Shown here: positions 45,815-59,549 of the stretch, piece after piece
Layout: the number at the start of each line of letters is the position of its first letter
How positions within the stretch are numbered: the first letter of the stretch is position 1
From: Macrostomum lignano
Lineage: Eukaryota
Direction: 5' to 3'
DNA length: 64,000 bases
Assembly: GCA_002269645.1 (NCBI GenBank)
Contig: NIVC01001784.1
Coordinates: 85,301-149,300 of the forward strand
The notes under the pieces: model-generated
What the model saw: the letters and a program-made list of their open reading frames with translations, nothing else
Databases searched by the model: none
What the model was told of the DNA's origin: nothing
Program-made: the position numbers and the translations under genes

Positions 45815-48269
45815 CTGGTTGAATTGAAATGAGTCTATAGCTTACCATATAGCTACTTCAAATGGTATATAGTGTGAATTAATAAAAAGTCACAAGCATA
45901 CATGTAAGTCGCACAAAATGTGTGATAATTTCAACAAGATAAATGTAAATATTAAGCTACACTTTTGATTTTGGCAAACAAATATCATTTGTAATTTATT
46001 TTTGAACAAACAACATTTTCTAATAAAACACAGAAGGAAAAGCCAAAGAAAACTTAAATATAAATAAAATGCAACCAGTTTATACAGAGGCAAGAAAGTC
46101 TAGTTAGTATATTTAAAATTAGAAGCAGGGAGGCTGTGTGCACCTTGGCCAGCAAGCTAGTTATACAACCAGCAAGTCATTATTGCTCCTTCTACCAACT
46201 CCCCTAAGCAAGCACACCCTATTGGAATAAATTCTTAAAGTCTGCGGACGCGCGCCAAACATGACACTGCGCGCCGAGCATCGCCGATCTAGGGGGCAAA
46301 CGGGTAAACAGTGGGAGTAACCATGACTGTTTTGCCTCGTCAGCTAATAAGTAGTTTTAATCTTGCGCTGTTTGTCTAGTTTTATTAAATAATCGACGGG
46401 ATTACTTATGACTACCTCATCATCGTAAAAGTTTTAGTAATTCACCTAACAATCAGTTTACTATTTTCCACATAGCAGAAATTCTCAGAAAATGCAGAAC
46501 TTTGACATGCCTCCTCTCCTTGGCCTGCAGACTGGCTGTTATTAAAATAGTTCTTGAACTAAAACTACCATGACAAATTAGTGGCTTTTCAATGCTGTGC
46601 AGGATGAAAGCCTTTAGGAATTTGGTGCAGCCAGAAAGACAGCACAAGTGCACTACCCTTCAACACGCTGTCACTTCTGCATGGCATCCTTAAAGTGTAC
46701 ACTACCCCTCTGGTGTGCCACCTCTCTGGGACACTACCCCTCCATATTGCAGTAATGTGACAAATTGCGGACGACTGTCTGTTGCATTTTCAGAATTTTC
46801 TAGTGTCATACTGAGGCAGAGTCATGCATGTCACATCGTGGTCAATGGGCAGCAGCAGCAGTGACTCAACACACACTTTGCCTTGACTTTACCACAATGC
46901 AACACTGGAAAATTTTGAAAATGCATGGCCTGAGGTGTTGCATTACAGCTTTTGTACACAATGAATTTCAGCAAATGAGCTGCAATAAAAAATTAAGAAG
47001 TCAAATTACCTAATTAAAACATTTTTTGTTTCATCTTTGGTGTTTGCATCAGTCTGTTTGAATTTAAAATATTGGAATTGAATTTCATACTGGTACAGGT
47101 ACTGACATCTGATGAGACAAAACTGAATATTGAGTCTTTTGACTGCGACAGAGGGTGTGGTGTTGCTTATTTGTAATTAATTAAATATAGATATAAAACT
47201 TGCTCGGCAGTGGTGTGATTGGAAAGTTTGCCAAATTTTGCGCCATGCCAATAATATTCTACTGACAGCCAAATAAGTCAATTGATGACACTTTTGAAGA
47301 TGCGTCTGGCTACAAATTAGCATGTCTCTCAAGTCCCAGCCGTGTCCCGCCTGAACTTCTTGTTGGCAATGTCTGCAGGCAGACGACTGCTTGTGCTGGT
47401 GATTGACGACGTTGACTAAGACATGAAGTAAAATGATAAAGATTGAACTCAGTTTGTTAGATTAATCTCCTAAGCTATGACATTCTTATATTTCATACTA
47501 TCTGACAAGAGAATAAGTGTAAGAAGCAGAAAATAAGAATGCAATTTTTGCGCCCATGGTTCCACAAAATTTCATGCCAGACCCCCAAGATCCGCACATT
47601 CGCACCATTTTTGCGCCTGAATCACACCACTGTTGCTTGGGCCTGGAGCTAACTGAGTTGTTGTCCTTTGGGACTTTAGGTTTGGGATTTTTAGAACATT
47701 TTCTTCATTTTGTATTGGTCATTATCTCATATTTAGTTTTTTTCTTCATTTCTATTGTGATTTTTCAAATTGCTATTTTTTGCATTTTTAACTTTAAACT
47801 TATTATAATATTATTTCATGTGTGTACTATTCAAATGATTGTACATGGTGTTTCATGTGATGCTTCTGTGCTATGTGTCACACTTTTGAGCCATTTTTTG
47901 TGGCCTGTGTTGCACATCTATGGGTTTTTCAAACTTATTCCAATAGGGCTGCATCTTAGCCTTTCTAGCCCACTATACTGCATTGGAAGTGTAGCACTGC
48001 ACATGTGTGCCAAGCACACTAACACTTTTAAAGTGCACTAGATAGCCATCTATGTAAATGTTACTTTTTCCAATAGGGCAAGCACACAAGTTAATAGATG
48101 TATATTCAAGCATGCATACAGGCATACACTGTAGAGATTGTACAAAATCCCTAACATTGATTATTAGGCATATATATTCTAGTTGCACCTTGCAGGTTGG
48201 TCTTCAAGGGCATTAATTGCACAAGCAGAAATTCTAATTTAGCCCCAAATTAATGACTATTTATGACAA

Positions 48270-48476
48270 TTTTCATGTTCAATTTTGATCAAAGTCTAGT
48301 TCTAAAAAACTAGCAGAAATTCAATTCAGACTAAGGATAATTTTGTCTATGGCCAAACCTTACTTTGGTTAGAATGTTTTGAGCTGGGGTTAGACTGGGC
48401 CCAAGTCTAAATTGTCTAAATTGAATTTTCGCTAGTTTTTTTAGAACTAGACTTTGATCAAAATTAAATGTGAAAA
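48270..48476. repeat. Foldback/MITE-like element with ~60-bp inverted arms
   Basis: TTTTCATGTTCAATTTTGATCAAAGTCTAGTTCTAAAAAACTAGCAGAAATTCAATTCAGAC has a near-reverse-complement at ~48415-48476. No TSD found. Confidence 0.75.
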
Positions 48477-51093
48477 GGTGTACTAATTAGAAGACAAAGC
48501 ATTTAGTCTAATTAGGAAAGTAAGTTACTCCTGCCATTTACCCAAAATTGCAATAATTTTGCTTTAGTTTCTTTTATAGATAAGTCATATTTTTTACCAA
48601 AAACTATCACATTTTTTGTTAAAACTAAGTCATATGGCTGACCAAATTTTTGAGGTTGCACATGTATGATACTAAATGTACCCTCCTGGCTTCCTGTTAA
48701 ATTACTATTAAATACATCAAATTATATTGGCCAAATAGGCTTTTTGCCTAAAACAAAATTACTACTACTACTACTACTACTGCAAAAATATCAAAAAAGC
48801 TATTTACAATGGGGTCAATAGAAGCTAGGCCTAATCCAATATAAAAGATTAGGAACAAATCAAAATGGCAATAGTCAAAAAGGGTGACAGTCAAAAGGGC
48901 AACAGTTATAACAATTATAAGTCACATACATAGACTTATATTTGTCAAAATGAATTTGTTAAAATCTACAAGTTGCTTTTGATATAAAAGGCAGACTCAA
49001 TGTTCATCTTTTGTTATGTTTTGCCTTTCTTTTTTAGTTTTATTGATATTCATAAAGCTTTTTAACAGTCAGCTAAAAATCATAAAATCAATTGCATATT
49101 CTATATTATTACTTGTACATTTTAACAAAATTTAACAAATATATTTATAGAAGTCTAGGCATAATTTTAACTACTGGTACATTTTAACAAATACACTTTA
49201 TAACAGAAGTCTACTATATGTGAACTTGTAATTCTAACAAATACATTGTAACTATTGCCCTTTCCATTAATGCCTTCTTAATTTGTTACTTTGTTCACCT
49301 GTAGCCTAAAGATTGATTGAAACTGAAGAATTTTTGGATTGAAAAAATCAATTAGATTTTTTTAATGTTACTGATAGTAATGTAATTAAGATGAGAGACA
49401 AACACAATAATATTTTTTGCTTTTTAAGCCATTGTATTAGGCCTATTTTAAATTTTTAAATATATATATAGGTTTTGGGATAAGAAAACCTAAATCTTAT
49501 GCATGGCAGTAAGGCGGAATACAAATTCCAAACCTATAAGGAATACAGATAAAGATAAGCAAAATGGGATGTGCAGACCTGACCTAGATGTATCTAGACT
49601 AAGACCATAGGCATTAGAGAAATGGGCAGGAATGGGCAGGAACCAATGAGAGTAGGGATGAGGTCGGGGATAGTATTGTTGCTTATTTAACATGCTATAG
49701 ATGCTAGGTGCATTGTTTAGCCTATGGGAGAATTAAAAATCAAAAAGGCGCATTGCATAGAATCGATATAGACAAAAGAAGGAAATTTGAAGTTCGTTTT
49801 AGTTCATAATAGGGACTAAAGCTTGAACTTGCTAAAGTTTTTCACATGAAAATGCACATGATAGAATAAAAAGAAACACTTATGGCATGGTGCCTTATCA
49901 CGATTGTCCTTACCCGACTGTGACTGGGCCAAAATCATCATCTTCGGTGCTTCCAAACATTGCTTTACCAATGTTATGGGAGTCAAATAATCATTCAAAC
50001 AAATTGAGAACGGTGTTATATAAACTGTGTAGGATAAAATATATATTAACCGAAAATCTAGACAATACGCCCTACTGCAGCAAAGCTTTTGGTTGTATTT
50101 TTGACGATATCACTTCAGCAGTTCTGAATCTCCAGAAAGCGATAGCTTGATAACTTTCGTAGAAAATACTATTATTGAAAAACTATTTCTGTAAAACAAT
50201 TTTTTTACCTAAAATACTACTTTATTTTTTAAGTTATTGTTAAAACAAGATGAAAACTAAAAAAATTAAAGCAAAAAATATTTTAAATAGTACTAGGCTG
50301 GTAGTCTAAAGCCGATTTTTTCCAAGCAAGAGTTCCCAAAGTTGCAATAGTTGTCTTCCCATTTGGATTTCCAACCAGCTTTCTGCCTCACCAAAGTAAG
50401 GAATTTAATACTTTCCCATAAATATGATCCTAATTATCTGGGTATCTTCAAACAAATAGTTTTTTAAAAATCAAATTTGGTAAGATTTTGCCTGATTGCA
50501 ATTGCATAATTGTAAAAATCATAGACTTTCGAGCGCTTTTCAGTCCAACATAGTGTTTCGCATGGTCTCCAATATTAAGCTTTTAAAATAGATTTATTCG
50601 CATAACCAAAGCATCAAAAGTCAGAAATATTGCTGTTAATTGCCGTTACAAATCAAATTAAAAAATGTCGAAACAACTCAAAAAGTACAGACAATTGTAA
50701 CTTATATCAAGAATTCAGTTGGCAGAGCACTACGGCCACTTGCCATATAGGCAGGCATTCTTTTATGTTTTTCTTTCGAAAAAGCAAGTTAAATGGGCCA
50801 AAAAAGTAAAATTCGTGCAGTGAGAGAACTTCTTATCAATGTACAGTTACATCAGGAATAGCTACCCCATGTGTAAAGAATGGCATGCAATACAGTCACT
50901 CCTTAAGTGTTGACAAGCTCGTACCTTGATAAAAGCCCGTGAGTTCACGCGATTAGAGACTTTGTTCTCAGTGAAAGTTTACATGGCAAAACAACAAACG
51001 GAGACAGAGTTGTCTAGCTACTCAAAGCTTCTTTGCTAGGATTTTGTTCGCAGCAATTTTTTCCTCTTTCGAAATAGTTACATTTAATTGCCT

Positions 51094-51247
51094 ATGGCTG
51101 AATTGTGCACCAGCTTCCGGAGGTTCTTTAACAATGACTTGAAACAGGAAATTAAGAAACTCTTGACAATTGCCTGGCCTGTGGTAAGTAATCTGTTTGT
51201 CTCTCGTTTTGTCTGTCTTAGTGTCAGTCTGTCTGTCCGTCTTAGTT

Positions 51248-51302
<55 letters not shown>

Positions 51303-54300
51303 TAGTTTCTGTCTGTCTGTCTGTCTGCCTTTTCGTCTGTCTGTCTGCAGTGTTTTTGTTTATTTGTCCTTGAAATTATGCAAACCATAAAGAATAACCG
51401 ATTACAAATAATATCAGGTGGCGACATACTTTTTGAATTTCGTCATCTTATCGGAGAGCATCATCATGTGCGGCAGGCTGGGAAAACTTGAGCTGGATGG
51501 AGCGGCCTTGGCTAACAGTGTAACTGGGGGAGACCGTGAATGAACTGGGAAAGTCCGTCAAGAAAAGCAGTGAATGATCTGAAAAAATCTAGTACTCAAT
51601 CTAGACTATACTTGTGTTTGTAAATCAGGGCATGATCCGAAAGAATCAGAAATCAGGTTGGCTCTAAGAAACATTCGTGCTCACTTCCGTTCTCAGATCA
51701 TCAATGGATTCGGGCTGTCCTTCGGATCGGGCCTGGTTGCTGCGTGCGACACCCTGTTCTCTCAGTGCTACGGCAGCGCCTACAAAAAGCGAGTGGGTCT
51801 CTACCTGCAGCAGAGTGAGCTACAAACTAAGGCCTAATGTATGCCAGCCTCCCATCTTCAGTTGCTGGGCCGGTCTCCCAGATCCTCAGTTGGTGGGCCA
51901 CCAGCCTCCCAGATCCTCAGTTGGTGGGCCAGCCTTCCAGATCCTCAGTTGGTGGGCCAGCCTCCCAGATCCTCAGTTGGTGGGCCAGCCTCCCAGATCC
52001 TCAGTTGATGGGCCAGCCTCCCAGATCCCCAGTTGCTGGGCCAGCCTCCCAGATCCTCAGTTGGTGGGCCAGCCTCCCAGATCCTCAGTTGGTGGGCCAG
52101 CCTCCCAGATCCTCAGTTGATGGGCCAGCCTCCCAGATCCCCAGTTGCTGGGCCAGCCTCCCAGATCCTCAGTTGCTGGGCCAGCCTCCCAGATCCTCAG
52201 TTGGTGGGCCAGCCTCCCAGATCCTCAGTTGATGGGCCAGCCTCCCAGATCCTCAGTTGCTGGGCCAGCCTCTCAGATCCTCAGTTGCTGAGCCAGCCTC
52301 CCAGATCCCAGTGTTCAGCCAACAGCCTCACTTCACTACGACAGTTACAGTTAGCTACTTAGGTACAATTAAGTAGCTGTCGTTTTCACACCCTAATTTT
52401 CGCATCAGATCAATCTGAAAATGAACAATCGAACGCATTTTAGGTATTTTAATCATTGGTTTGGCACCATTTCTAATTTGGCCATTTTATTTCAATATTG
52501 AGCCAATTTTAATTGCACTTGGCCAAGACGCGGAAGTGTCAAGGTAATTAAAAAACTGCTCATTGGCTTTTACGCTCCTCATATTTAACCGTAAAAGCTG
52601 CATTGAATAACCAGTTCAAATTGAATTTCAGAATGTCAGCAAATTACGTGCTTTATTTTTCTCCTGGAATATTTGTGAGTAACTCGGTGTCATGGGCGTT
52701 ACATTAATAGTGTGAGTGATGCTACACTGAGGGTGTCAGAGGCGTTAATTACATTGAGGGTGTCAGGAGCGCAGCACAGAGGGTGTCGGGGCGAATTTCA
52801 TATTGTGTGTTAGGTTGTCACATTCGGGATGCCAAATCTGATATATTGTATGTCAGGACGGTATATTTAAGGCGTCAGGATGCCGCATCAAATACAAATC
52901 GGGACGCATTGTGAATCAGTGCATGGCGCCACATTACGGACGACACACTGGGTATCAGGAATGCCCTCACAAAAGCGAAACAATTACCTCTTAGTTCCAT
53001 ATCCTGATCCTCCACGCTTTCCAGTTCTACTATATGTACCTGATCCAGGCCAGGTACCTACAGAACCAGGACAAAGTGATTGTGCCGATGATTGTAGCAT
53101 TAATAGCTAACGCATTCAACATTCTGTCGCAGTATCTGGGCATCTACGTCTGGAATTTTGGTTTCCTGTGAGTTTAAAAGCCTTTGTGATAGACTGAGTA
53201 TCAAGTTATTTGTTAATCGCGAGATCCTACGAATAATTGACGGTTTAGAATAAACAACTACACGAGGATTTAGTGAAACGACGAAAGGTTAAAACTTGTC
53301 TTTAGGCGACTTCTTGTATGCTAAATCACTGGTATAGAGTAATTTAATCCACTAAATCTCAACCAATAGAACCTTTCCAGGGTACATCTGTCAAAAAACC
53401 AAGCAGAAGATTATTTTTCTAAGGTGCATCTACCAAAACACCAAGCACAAAGGTCTTCTGCCAGAGTACATCTACCAAAAACAAGTACAAAGGTCTTCTT
53501 CCAGAGTACATCTGCCAAGACGCCAATCACAATGATCTTCTTCCAAAGTACATCTACAACAGCGAATGCAGAACATAGAAGACCGTTCATGCTTTGAGTG
53601 CACAACAAGAATTAGTCAACCACAGCATTACAAATCGGTTGCCAACACCCACCAATGCAGGTGCAGTCCAGTCTGCCAGTGCCTCACCTACGCTCTGATG
53701 GCAGGCACAATGCTGGCCTATATTCTTATCAGCAGAGTTTACAGAGCAACCTGGAACGGCTGGAGTCTGCAGTGCCTCTTCAATTGGTGGCAGTTTCTCC
53801 GGCTAGCTCTGCCCGGCATGGGAATGGTGTGTCTGGAGATTATCTGCTACGAGATTGGCACCTTCATTGCAGGTTAGTCAGTCCATATAGTTCGTACGCA
53901 CAGATTTTTTCATTGCTAGACAGCGTGCGCACCCTGTGCCTTTGGGGTTTGTTCAATATGGTTGTGAATGACACACCAACCTCAGACCAAGTTTTGCACA
54001 CACGCAAAAATGATCAAAATCATTTGATTTCGATGTGAAGAAATTTTTGAATAGACCTCAAAAACTTCAATATTTATGTTAATTATTGCTCAGGCATCAT
54101 CGGTACATCCGAGCTGGGTGCGCAATCGATTCTGTTCCAAACTGAAACGCTGGCTTACACGGTGAGAGAGTCATGGTCGTGAGCATGCTTCGAAATCCAT
54201 TTATTCTAACAAGCACAATAAAATCAAATGACTAAATCCAAGCACCTGCGGTCCCATGCAGTGCGTCCTGGGCTTCGGTGTCGCTGTGAACATCCGGGTT

Positions 54301-56412
54301 GGCCAAAACCTGGGCGCCAACAACGGACCGGGTGCTCGGCTGGCCTGGATTGCAGGCATCTGCTGCCTGCTCTGCGTAGCATCCGTGCTGTGCGCGGTGT
54401 TCGTCGTCGGCAAGGACTTCATTCCCGGACTGTACACCACCGATCCGTGAGTTGAGGAGCAACTTATAGTGATGTATGGTTGTTTCCAGAATATAATCCG
54501 AATGCATCTATAGTCTCCTGAATACAGTTGAAAAAATACTTATTAGAAATAAACTGGAACAGAACTTCTTGTCCTGACAAGTCAAAAACTCCATCGCTAA
54601 GGACTATAATAGCAACGGGCCTACTACATAAATTTGAAGCTCTAACACAAAAAATGGATTTTGCAGTAGTGGCTTGTTGTGTGATTCGCCCCTCATGATG
54701 ATTAACCCCAAGGTGGCGCAGAGCATGCACACTACCCCACCCCACGATAAGAAAGTCAGTGCCGCTGCTCATCCTGTGGAAGCGCCTTGCCTATAATTGC
54801 GTCACCACGTACAACGTGTGCCTGCTCAGATGTCAGCGGAACGAGCATAGCTGCCTAATTGCAAGTCGAATGCCACCTGGAGTTGCGACAAGGACTTTCC
54901 ACAGATTCTTTCCATAGGCACTTAAAGTATAATCGAATATCCGCTTCGTTTCTCCCTAACCTAACAGCGACGTCCTAACCATAACAGCGCAAATTTTCCC
55001 GCTGCTGGGATTTTTCATCTTTCTGGACGGTCTGCAGAGCGTCTGCGCCGGAGCATTGAGAGGCTGCGGCCGCCAGCTGACTGGGGTGATCTTCGTGTTC
55101 CTGTCCTACTATGGTCTGGGCATGACCATCGGGCTGCCGCTGGCTTTGGCTACAGACTTGCACGTTATCGGTTTGTTGACAATTCACGGTTATGCATGTG
55201 TGTTGTTTATAGATGCTCACTGCCTTTCTTGTGCTTGTTTGATGTAGTAACCAGGTATTTTATGTAGTTACACTGAAGTAGATGACTTCGTATTTTTGGA
55301 TGACTCTTAAGTCGAAATTACTGACTAGAATCACTCCTCCTAAATCGAATACGATGACTAGAACCACTCCTGATCCAAATACGATGACTAGAACCACTCC
55401 TGATCCAAATACGATGACTAGAACCACTCCTGATCCAAATACGATGACTAGAACCACTCCTGATCCAAATACGATGACTAGAACCACTCCTGATCCAAAT
55501 ACGATGACTAGAACCACTCCTGATCCAAATACGATGACTAGATCCACTCCTGATCCAAATACGATGACTAGAACCACTCCTGATCCAAATACGATGACTA
55601 GAACCACTCCTGATCCAAATACGATGACTAGATCCACTCCTGATCCAAATACGATGACTAGATCCACTCCTGATCCAAATACGATGACTAGATCCACTCC
55701 TGATCCAAATACGATGACTAGAACCACTCCTGATCCAAATACGATGACTAGATCCACTCCTGATCCAAATACGATGACTAGATCCACTCCTGATCCAAAT
55801 ACGATGACTAGATCCACTCCTGATCCAAATACGATGACTAGATCCACTCCTGATCCAAATACGATGACTAGAACCACTCCTGATCCAAATACGATGACTA
55901 GATCCACTCCTGATCCAAATACGATGACTAGATCCACTCCTGATCCAAATACGATGACTAGGATCACTTCTGAATCAAGCAGACCGTCTAGAGTGACTCA
56001 TGAATCAAACAAAATAATTAGAATCACTCCTGAATCAACCACGATGACTAGAATTACTCCTGAGTCAAACAGAGACCGACTATAGTGACTCATGAGTCAA
56101 ACAGATCCATTAGAATCACTCCGAAACCAAATATTCTGCCTAAAACCCATGTTGAGTGTGAAGATCCTGACTAGAATCAGTGCTGAGCTCAACTGTCACA
56201 CTCCTCAGGTCTGTGGGTTGGCTTACTGATCGGAGTGAGTCTGATCTGTCCAGCCTACATAGCCGTGCTGGCCCGACAAGACTGGCGCGGTCAGGCGCGC
56301 CAAGCCCAGCGCCGAGTTCGCGCGGCATCAGAGAAGCAGCTGCGCTACGATACAGACTGCGAGGAGGAGAGGCAGCAGGGAGAAGATGACCAACTCGCCA
56401 ATGAGACTACCG
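51094..56412 (+). CDS. SLC47A: MATE-family multidrug/toxin extrusion transporter (SLC47A-like). Exons 51094-51183, 51418-51519, 51697-51814, 52444-52543, 52632-52674, 53025-53167, 53661-53872, 54094-54161, 54262-54446, 54968-55170, 56209-56412; likely continues (candidate exon 58804-58895)
   Basis: Collinear with human MATE1: LLTIAWP, CGRLGKLELDGAALA, ACDTLFSQCYG, LQNQ..V.P, TWNGWSLQCL..W.QFLRLALP..MVCLE..YEIG, ELGAQSI, IRVGQNLGA, LRGCGRQ..G, GLWVGL..G, DWRGQARQAQ. All splice phases are consistent. Confidence 0.93.
51225..51345. repeat. (GTCT)n microsatellite in MATE intron 1
   Basis: Direct observation. Confidence 0.95.
51845..52310. repeat. 28-bp minisatellite (CCTCCCAGATCCTCAGTTGGTGGGCCAG)n
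   Basis: Period of 28 bp read directly. Confidence 0.96.
55320..56110. repeat. 30-bp minisatellite (ACGATGACTAGAACCACTCCTGATCCAAAT)n
   Basis: 10-aa periodic ORF; lies in MATE intron 55171-56208. Confidence 0.97.
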
Positions 56413-58419
56413 GTGAGTTCACACTGGTTTTTTAGCCCTTCTAGAGCTGTTGGAATAAAACTGTCAAGTAAGTCCTCTTCTATCCGAAGTTATTTCATCT
56501 TAAATACTCTTGGAGTTCAGATACTATTGGGGCAGGAGGGCTTTGAGAGCTGCCGCAAATCAAGGCGCGTCGACTCTTGCACACTTTAAAAGTAATATCC
56601 ACGATTTTATTTCCTAGAAAAGGCAGAAAATCAACTTTTAAGCTTGATTTTCCCCATTAATTTGAAGTGACTAAATCAATATTTGCTCAACTTTGCTTGG
56701 GATTGTATAATAAGCCTCAGGCCCAATGTTGGTAAGCCTGAGGCCGAACTTACGTTATCGAATCTTAAGTTGAGTCATACATGTCTACTGTCACGACTTT
56801 TTAGTCATTTCTTTAGTTCATCTGCACTTGTCTTGGTGTACTCTATTTTCTCTCCCCCTGTCCAGTTCAGTCTTGTTATTTTCTCACTCTCTCCTCGCTG
56901 CCTTCTGATTGGCTCTTCAATCTCGCCTCCCTTGCCTCTTATAGAATAGTTAGTCGCGCACTCCACCCTTCTTTTTACTATACTTGCACTCAACGCCCCG
57001 CCTCCTGGTTATTGTCTTATAAATATACCCTAGGCCTCACGTCCTGTTGAATATTTAACTCAAACTAGATATTTTCTCTTATCATCTCTGCTCTCGCTCT
57101 GCTTAAAACGAGGTTTTAAGAGACACCAATAAAACAACTTAATAATCGTTTTTCTTTTAAATAACTTTAACAGGCCTTCTAACGGACAGAAATCATCGTC
57201 CGTATGAGCAGAATCAAGAAAGTAGCCCGGAGAAGCAGCAGCAACATCGCCGTTACCCCAGCAACCCGGCCTACACAACTGCAGACCAGCTGGTTCCAAT
57301 CCGAACTCCTTCAGAAATTCCATCGTCATTGAGCAACGCTGCCACTCGTCGAATAATTTATATTCGACTAGCAACTGGTATCGCCGTGATCGGAATTTTC
57401 TCAATCGGTCTGATTATTCGACTAACAATAAACTCTAATAATGACCAACCACCTTCGCCTGGTGGCAATTCGAGTTGGTCTAACGTCACGTACTTTTAAC
57501 GCTTGGCATTGGGTGTAGATGATTTGCTGTTAAAACCGTTTGGACGTTACCGACGTAATGTATCTATTAGTAAAGAGTTTGTTACTGATTTCACAGATTA
57601 TTTGTTTCTTCTAACAGCCTTTTCGGTACTGAATCGCTGAGAAGTCAAAACTAGAGAGGGGATTGCTGAAATGCTGTGTCTCATTGGGTGGGGGGTTGCT
57701 AAGATGCTAAGAGTCAATTCGAAGTTATTGGTAGACCAAGCAAAACGTAGATCAAAGGGAGACTTTTAAGCCAAGGCTGAAAGAGAGGCTTTGATGCTGA
57801 TATCTTAGGCTAGACGACTGGCTTCCACGCCTGACGCTATCTTGCTTTAAACATCATTTTCTTTAGGATACTAAAAAAGCGACTGTAACAAAAACTTTTT
57901 AATTCCTTTTTTGTTTCCTACCTAAACGAGGGCGCAGGTGGCTAGTCCTATATACTAAAATTAATTACTAAAGTCGGCTTCGATTTCTCGTGAATTCGCA
58001 ATGTATGACAATGTACAGGATCCAAAGACGCTTTCTCGTGGATTATTTTTAATCCCATTGCCTTAATCCCAGTACTAAGAGCAGTATGATTCGTACTTTT
58101 TCCTAGCTATCAGAACTTTTATCTCTTTTAAGATCTAAATGTAATATTTGGAGTATCTTAGTCTGTTTGCACTGGTTGATATTCCAATATTTGTTGCCTG
58201 TCAGATGAACATGGTATTTGCCTACAGCTCTGTCGATGAGATCGCAATTAAATAGTTCAACTCACGACAAAAGCGATAAAGGAATTATATGAAAGCAATT
58301 TTCATAAATTGTTTATGAAAATAAACAAATAATATTGTTTTTTCTCATTAGGATTTATTTTTCCGAATTAATAAATTGAAAATAACGTAATAATATAAAT
58401 AATAATATAATTATGATAA

Positions 58420-58705
58420 CAATAATAATAATAATAATTGATTACACCTCCCCCAATTGGGGCAGATGTGCAACCGACAGCTCAGCCGCAGCTATTGCGC
58501 GGCGCATCTGAAGGCTGCGTACGGCTGTTCAGTCCAAGGACTGGGGGGTCGCCACACACACCTTCAATTACCCCAGCTAATGCTGGCACCCATTTTACAG
58601 CTGGGTGAACTGAAGCAATACATTGTTCCGAGTTGGATCGGGAATCGAACCCCCGACCTTAAAGTTGTGAGTCCGACGCTCTAATCACTATAGGCTACAA
58701 CGCCT
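58420..58705 (-). mobile_element. tRNA-derived SINE, copy 2 (uninterrupted, with (ATT)n tail)
   Basis: Minus strand reads GTAGCCTATAGTGATTAGAGC...GGTTCGATTCCC (A/B boxes), then the shared body and an ATT-repeat tail at ~58390-58440. Confidence 0.85.
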
Positions 58706-59549
58706 TTATACGAGCTAAAAGCTAAAACCATAATTTCAAAAGAATGTTGAGTTCTCATCGAACGTGTTATTGTTGTTGGAAAATACATAAAAGGGACCCA
58801 CAGAATGCAACACCAATCATCTGCACTCAATGGCACGTGCAGCGAACCCGGTCATGAAATCAAGAACTCAAGAGTCATCTGTAGCTACGGCAGAGGTGAG
58901 TGAGCAGGTTAACAGCAATGATTAGGAGGATAAGTCGGCGGACAAGAGGAGGCCAGCTAATCAGGCGTAGGATGAGTCAGCTGATTCGAGATTGCGAGCC
59001 AATCAGGCGGAGGGTAAGTCAGCGGACAAGAAGACACCAGCCAATCAGGATGAGGATGATTCAAGCTACCTAAAAGTAGCCCAAACAAATTTTAACAGGC
59101 TGTTAAATTGAAGTTAATATTTTCTTTTGTTTTTCTCCTGGTACAAATTTTAACAATGCTTCTTTGTCACAATACTTTAAACTAATTTCTTTAATTCAGC
59201 ACAGTCAGTACACTAGCCTAGCTTTACGATTATAACGCACGGCCTTAGTAGCAAAAGTAGCTGATGAATTGTTGAAATGCGTAAGTCTTTTAGAATTTCT
59301 TTTCTTTTTTATTCTGAGCCTTTTATGTCAAAATTGCAATAAAAGTGATGTTAATGATTTTTAATGCATTGTGCTATTTGAAATTTCTAAGGTTTTTAGG
59401 TTTTATCTATTTTTACTGTACCATTCGTTAACGTTGTCAATACGAGCTGCTAAAGCGAATATTTCAAGACCATCGCCCACTGAATCACTCAACTTTACAT
59501 GCAGTCCAAGGTTACAATAGTCAGTGGGCAGAAGCCCGCAGAGTAGAAT

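Noticed and set aside
50330-50620. Short minus-strand open stretch as a possible transposase remnant
   Set aside because: Multiple stops and no diagnostic motif.
58457-58540. HDV-like ribozyme in the SINE tail
   Set aside because: The P1/P2-like topology is there, but the L3 (UCC.CG), P1.1 GG, P4 and J4/2 catalytic C motifs are not. Kept only as a generic pseudoknot finding.
58630-58705. tRNA gene (also at 573-650 and 61090-61165)
   Set aside because: A/B boxes are present but the cloverleaf stems are broken, and each is fused to a shared SINE body.
59250-59295. Minimal hammerhead-like CTGATGA-ATTGTT-GAAA-TGCGTA
   Set aside because: Stem II is a single pair and stem I does not pair next to the core. 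The site also overlaps a likely splice donor (gtaagt at 59281).
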